Source: an uncultured bacterium
GTDB lineage: Bacteria > Babelota > Babeliae > Babelales > Vermiphilaceae
Direction of reading: 5' to 3'
Assembly (NCBI GenBank): GCA_963707655.1
Contig: OY970172.1
Span: 672,001-736,000 of the forward strand
Length of the DNA stretch: 64,000 nt
Numbering within the stretch: position 1 is the stretch's first letter; every line of letters begins with the position of its first letter. Below are positions 60,011-64,000 of this stretch, piece after piece. Below the pieces are notes generated by a model, which worked only from the letters and a program-made list of their open reading frames with translations, did not search any database and was not told where the DNA came from. Position numbers and translations under genes: made by a program.

Positions 60011-60595
60011 TTATACGTTGGTGAATAAATCTTGCGGATAAAGAGAAGGAAGCTGTCCACTCAATCTAAGCTTTTCAAATAAACGAACAACAGATCGCTC
60101 TTTGGTAGGCACTTCATCTGCATTAATATCAATCCACCGCAATTCTTTTGACTCGCTGTTTTGCACTAGCTGTTCATCGCCCACTACCTGCAATAAAAAT
60201 CTAACATCATAATGATAATGTGTTTTTTCTTTTTTATTTTCAGGAATAAGATGAATGTCTATATCAAAAATTTTGTCATGTACCGGCCTAATCGACATGA
60301 TGCCCGATTCTTCTTGTGCTTCTCTTATAGCAACAGCTAAAACATCTGGATCTCCATCGCAATGGCCCCCAAGCTGAACCCACAGATCAAGTTTGGCATG
60401 ATGCATCAAAAGAACTTTTGAACGATCTTTATTGAGCACTATTGCTGACGCAACAACATGACCGGTTTCTAAAAAGCGTTCAAAACAATCAGGATTTGCC
60501 TTTATAAAATTGATCATATCACGTTTAAATGCAATTTCTTCTGTCTCCGAGGAAGCATAATTCTCTAACATCTCTATGAGAGCTAATCTTTTCAT
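60011..60595 (-). CDS. NUDIX hydrolase
   Basis: GGHCDG....AVAIREAQEESG Nudix box, HYHYDVRF. Confidence 0.92.
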   Translation of the reverse strand: MKRLALIEMLENYASSETEEIAFKRDMINFIKANPDCFERFLETGHVVASAIVLNKDRSKVLLMHHAKLDLWVQLGGHCDGDPDVLAVAIREAQEESGIMSIRPVHDKIFDIDIHLIPENKKEKTHYHYDVRFLLQVVGDEQLVQNSESKELRWIDINADEVPTKERSVVRLFEKLRLSGQLPSLYPQDLFTNV

Positions 60596-60627
60596 GCGTT
60601 AATTCCTTTTTATAATAAATTTCTATC

Positions 60628-61602
60628 CTACTTAACAAATTGCAAGCATCTGCTCCAGCGGATACGCTTGAAAAAATCAATCGGATGACGCAAGAGATCA
60701 AAAATAATCCAGGTATGTGCGCTGTCAACAGAGAAAATTCTAAATAACATTTTTCCATGAATGAGTGAGCCGTCGATTGGTCCAAAGAAACGGCAGTCAT
60801 AGCTACCTTCGCGATTGTCTCCCATGCCCCAGTATTGATTTTTACCGAGCTCAACATAAAACTCATCAGTACCGTTCCAATAACTGTTACCTACGCGAAA
60901 TGCTTTGTGGTGCTTCGATTTTTCTAGAGGCGTGCCCGGCCAGCGCAATTCTATTTCACCTGCTTTATTTCTTCTTACTCCGCTTTCTTTAATATTATAA
61001 AACGGTTGGTGATCAAATGGCTTTGAAGGGTCGTACGTTTTCCAGCGAGTGCTGTAGCTTGCTTGTTCTGAAGAAAAACTTTGCAATTCTTCCATACTTA
61101 TTTGACCGCTGAGTACATATTTTAGATTTTCTTTTTCTATCGTTTTGGGATCTATGCCATAGATACCAATGAGAGGATATTGGTTAAGATACGGTTCATT
61201 AAGCTTTTCGCCATTGAGGTAAACCGCTGTTTTGCCATCTTCAATAACTCCCCTGATTGTGTCACCGGGAACAGCAATCAAACGCTTGGTTACGTTGGTT
61301 GGACCCCAGACATAATACTGAAAAAGTTTTTTGACAGGGTTTGAGGAATATTTGAAGGTCACATCATTTAACGAGATAATTTCCCCGCGTCTGGGTGCGC
61401 GAAACCAATAGGTCAGCTTATCAGCAAAAAAACTTTCGCCAATCAGCATGGTTGTTTCTGCCGATCCGGTTGGCACTTGGTACAAGCCAAAACCAAATGT
61501 TCTGACAGCAAAGATAACAACGATCCAAAGAAGCAATTCGCCCCAACTGTTTTTACCAAAATTTTTTTTGTAAAAAGGCGTATTCGATTTTTTTTCCAAC
61601 AT
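60628..61602 (-). CDS. lepB: Signal peptidase I, second paralog
   Basis: VPTGSAETT, TKRLIAVPGD, MGDNR..S.DCR. Confidence 0.92.
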   Translation of the reverse strand: MLEKKSNTPFYKKNFGKNSWGELLLWIVVIFAVRTFGFGLYQVPTGSAETTMLIGESFFADKLTYWFRAPRRGEIISLNDVTFKYSSNPVKKLFQYYVWGPTNVTKRLIAVPGDTIRGVIEDGKTAVYLNGEKLNEPYLNQYPLIGIYGIDPKTIEKENLKYVLSGQISMEELQSFSSEQASYSTRWKTYDPSKPFDHQPFYNIKESGVRRNKAGEIELRWPGTPLEKSKHHKAFRVGNSYWNGTDEFYVELGKNQYWGMGDNREGSYDCRFFGPIDGSLIHGKMLFRIFSVDSAHTWIIFDLLRHPIDFFKRIRWSRCLQFVK

Positions 61603-61634
61603 TAATCATCCCTTAAAAAATATTTTATACATCA

Positions 61635-62270
61635 CTATACTAAATAATACATAGGATTCACCCGTTTACCAAACTTGTACACTTCAAAATGCAGGTGCGA
61701 AGGGTCTCTGCCCGATTTGCTGCGCACAATGCCCGTGTCTCCTACTTTTCCTATGATTTCTCCCTGTTCTACTTTTTGTCCTATGCGCACCAATATAGTA
61801 TTTAAATGCGCATAACGAGTTTTATATTTATTGTTGTGCATTACCACAACGGTCTTGCCAAATCCGGCCCCGTGAGTTGCTTCAACCACCATGCCGGCAT
61901 ACGCTGCTTTTACCGGTGTTCCTTTCAATGCTGCCATATCAATACCATAATGAAAGCCCCATGCGCCGCTTGGCTGTTTGCGTGGGCCAAAGAATGAACT
62001 GAGCCAGAACTGTGAATTTTCAATCGGCCATGCAAAGTAAATATCCCGCTTGCCATCCATCACGGATGGTTTTTGGCGCATTGGTTGCTGACTCTTTATT
62101 CGCCTCGTTCTATTGCGCGTAGATGCTCTCTTTTTATTTGATGCGCTCTCTGTTAATTGCTCATTATAATCGCGCCAATCGCTCAAATTTATCTGATGGC
62201 GTATGTTGTCATGCGCATCACAAAAATCAAGCATTGATTGCTTTAGATAGAGTTGATCGCGATTAACCAC
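61635..62270 (-). CDS. M23 family peptidoglycan endopeptidase domain (possibly fused to upstream ORF by -1 shift)
   Basis: FHYGID, GTPV.AA, TRYAHL, HLHFEV, VNP. Confidence 0.9.
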   Translation of the reverse strand: MVNRDQLYLKQSMLDFCDAHDNIRHQINLSDWRDYNEQLTESASNKKRASTRNRTRRIKSQQPMRQKPSVMDGKRDIYFAWPIENSQFWLSSFFGPRKQPSGAWGFHYGIDMAALKGTPVKAAYAGMVVEATHGAGFGKTVVVMHNNKYKTRYAHLNTILVRIGQKVEQGEIIGKVGDTGIVRSKSGRDPSHLHFEVYKFGKRVNPMYYLV

Positions 62271-62284
62271 AACAAATGATTCTT

Positions 62285-62569
62285 TTAATTCATCAGATTC
62301 TTTTTTTTTTCGCTATTCTCTTGCGTAGAATCGCCCCGATCTTGCATCTCATTATATTCATCGACTATTTTTTTCACTGCCACCACATAACTGCGATATT
62401 CTTCTTTAAGCTGAAGCAATTTCTCTGCTTGGTTTTTAAAGTAAAAATATTCGTACATCAGCAATGAACAAACCGCCGTGACCATAAGCAAAACGGCAAC
62501 AATACCTGCAACGATATAATGCGTATATATTTTTTTAACCATGTTCCCCGTAGTAATTGTATATGCCAC
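62285..62569 (-). CDS. TM anchor plus coiled coil; probable N-terminal part of the M23 protein
   Basis: Hydrophobic segment, coiled coil, ends EKKKNLMN* just after an A10G run. Confidence 0.65.
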   Translation of the reverse strand: MAYTITTGNMVKKIYTHYIVAGIVAVLLMVTAVCSLLMYEYFYFKNQAEKLLQLKEEYRSYVVAVKKIVDEYNEMQDRGDSTQENSEKKKNLMN

Positions 62570-62570
62570 G

Positions 62571-63272
62571 CTATATTAGTAGGAGATCTTCCCGAGCCAT
62601 CCAGCCCTTAAGATGCTTGTCTTTTATTTTTATCCACTGCTCACGCTGCTCTACAATAGCAACTTCTGTTGCATGCGGCAATTGTGCAATACTTTGATAG
62701 CTCGTATCAGGACCGGTAAATATCTGTGCCTGATCTTTTGTTATTATGCCAATCTGCCGATGCATTCGATAATACTTTAGACCCACTGCTCCTGCAGCAC
62801 ACAACGCGACAAAAACAAGAATCAGCAATAACAACCATCGCCTCTTCTTGTACCACGCGCACGCGAGCCCCAAAAGTATACACCAAAAAAACAAAAATAA
62901 GAGCTGTGTCGCCAAAGGGGACCAAGAGTCAACAACGGACCATGTCGTATCAAAAAAATTTGGCTCTTTACCCAAATGCTTTTCTGCCATGCGGATGTTT
63001 GCAGCAATCGCCTGATACTGATGACCGGAGGCAGTTTTTGCTGCTTTGCGCCAATACGCGTAAGCCCTTAGATAATCTCCCTGTTGATAAAAACAGTTGC
63101 CTAGGTTATACCAAACCGCATTACTTGTATTGTTCATGCGTTCATAGCTTTTTATCGCATCGGCATATTTTTCTTGCATATATAATTGATTGCCGCGCAA
63201 AAACGTTTCTTCGTCCGCACTATTGGCGTGAAGAGCAGAAAACATACAGAAAAAAACAAATGCTATAATCAT
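62571..63272 (-). CDS. BatE-like TPR/SH3 membrane protein
   Basis: GNQLY...YADAI, YNLGNC TPR, two TMs, C-terminal SH3b (GPD...GW); ATGA coupling with upstream gene. Confidence 0.8.
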   Translation of the reverse strand: MIIAFVFFCMFSALHANSADEETFLRGNQLYMQEKYADAIKSYERMNNTSNAVWYNLGNCFYQQGDYLRAYAYWRKAAKTASGHQYQAIAANIRMAEKHLGKEPNFFDTTWSVVDSWSPLATQLLFLFFWCILLGLACAWYKKRRWLLLLILVFVALCAAGAVGLKYYRMHRQIGIITKDQAQIFTGPDTSYQSIAQLPHATEVAIVEQREQWIKIKDKHLKGWMAREDLLLI

Positions 63273-64000
63273 AAAGAAGCCCTTTTCTTCAAAAAGGTGA
63301 TCCACTTTTCCGCCTCGTTAAAGAGCATATCGTGTGACAATGTAGCCGTGAAAAACCGCGCTTGAGTCAGCGCTATGAAAAAATGTTGCCACTCTACCAA
63401 GTCCTGCCGCGTTGCATGTTGTTCGAACCACTGCTCAATTGCAGCCCCGGTTACTGCTGATGGCTCTTGTTTGAGAATTGCTGCAAAAAGCGCTATGAAA
63501 ACTGAATAAAGCTGGGCATAATCTTTTTTGGCGCGTGCGCTGATCAGGTCGGCGCGTGCAATGCGCATCAAGCGCCATCGTCTAAAGCTGGGTACTATTT
63601 CATCAATCATTATTTTATTGTGTATAGTGGCCACCCATACCATATATATCAGCGGCATTAGCGCCAAGAGGATAAATAGCCACCACGGCATATGAGCGCT
63701 ATGTCCGCGCATGCCATACAGATTACGAACAATCCCCTTAATTTCAGGGCGATCATTCTCGTTATGCCCTTTTTCATGTGCTTCTTCTTCATGAAAGAGC
63801 TGTTGCTGATTTTCAGATTTTAAAATTGTTACCGGCACTACATTAGTATGCATCGTGATATATCTATGCTGCTCAACATCAAAATAGGTAACTGATTGCG
63901 CAGGAATTTCTATCTCGCCCGCTTTTTTTGCCTGAATTACATATTCAAAACATTGCTTATCGCCGGCAAAATATTTTTTTGATTCATATACCTTTAATGC
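63269..64000 (-). CDS. BatD-like protein, C-terminal part (5' end outside window)
   Basis: Frame open to window edge: KVYESK...FEYVIQAKKAGEIEIPAQSVTYFD...Y, then TM; upstream of batE-like gene. Confidence 0.75.
   Translation of the reverse strand, partial: ALKVYESKKYFAGDKQCFEYVIQAKKAGEIEIPAQSVTYFDVEQHRYITMHTNVVPVTILKSENQQQLFHEEEAHEKGHNENDRPEIKGIVRNLYGMRGHSAHMPWWLFILLALMPLIYMVWVATIHNKIMIDEIVPSFRRWRLMRIARADLISARAKKDYAQLYSVFIALFAAILKQEPSAVTGAAIEQWFEQHATRQDLVEWQHFFIALTQARFFTATLSHDMLFNEAEKWITFLKKRASL

Noticed and set aside
62726..63268. 180-aa plus-strand ORF and similar long antisense ORFs (e.g. 50974-51516, 48916-49431)
   Set aside because: Lie wholly opposite well-supported genes and show no motifs

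Overview
Bacterial chromosomal window. Gene content and style suggest a reduced, host-associated organism, most like Candidatus Dependentiae/Babelota (TM6); this is inference, not a database result. Housekeeping blocks: partial F-type ATP synthase operon (atpE, b', atpF, atpH, atpA) whose c-subunit has a Na+-binding signature, recD2, uvrB, M3 peptidase, MscS, FKBP, pgi-zwf-gnd, pth/prs, Skp, ATM1-like ABC, sufCBDS, split PilB/GspE, HU, tRNA-Leu/tRNA-Cys, two lepB, M23, batD/batE. These are interleaved with tandem arrays of signal-peptide-bearing lineage-specific proteins. The most striking is a tRNA-adjacent array of three secreted proteins built from an ~85-aa double zinc-finger repeat with a hypervariable C2H2 helix, a near-invariant spacer and an acidic tail, with visible repeat shuffling. 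Other candidates: three exported AAA+ ATPases (one degenerate), a cPLA2-like phospholipase, a polymorphic toxin-immunity pair, a recurrent Met at the predicted signal-cleavage site, and a possible programmed -1 frameshift (A_AAA_AAG) joining a membrane anchor to an M23 peptidase. Several homopolymer indels (HU, FUN14-like) look like sequencing errors and temper frameshift claims.
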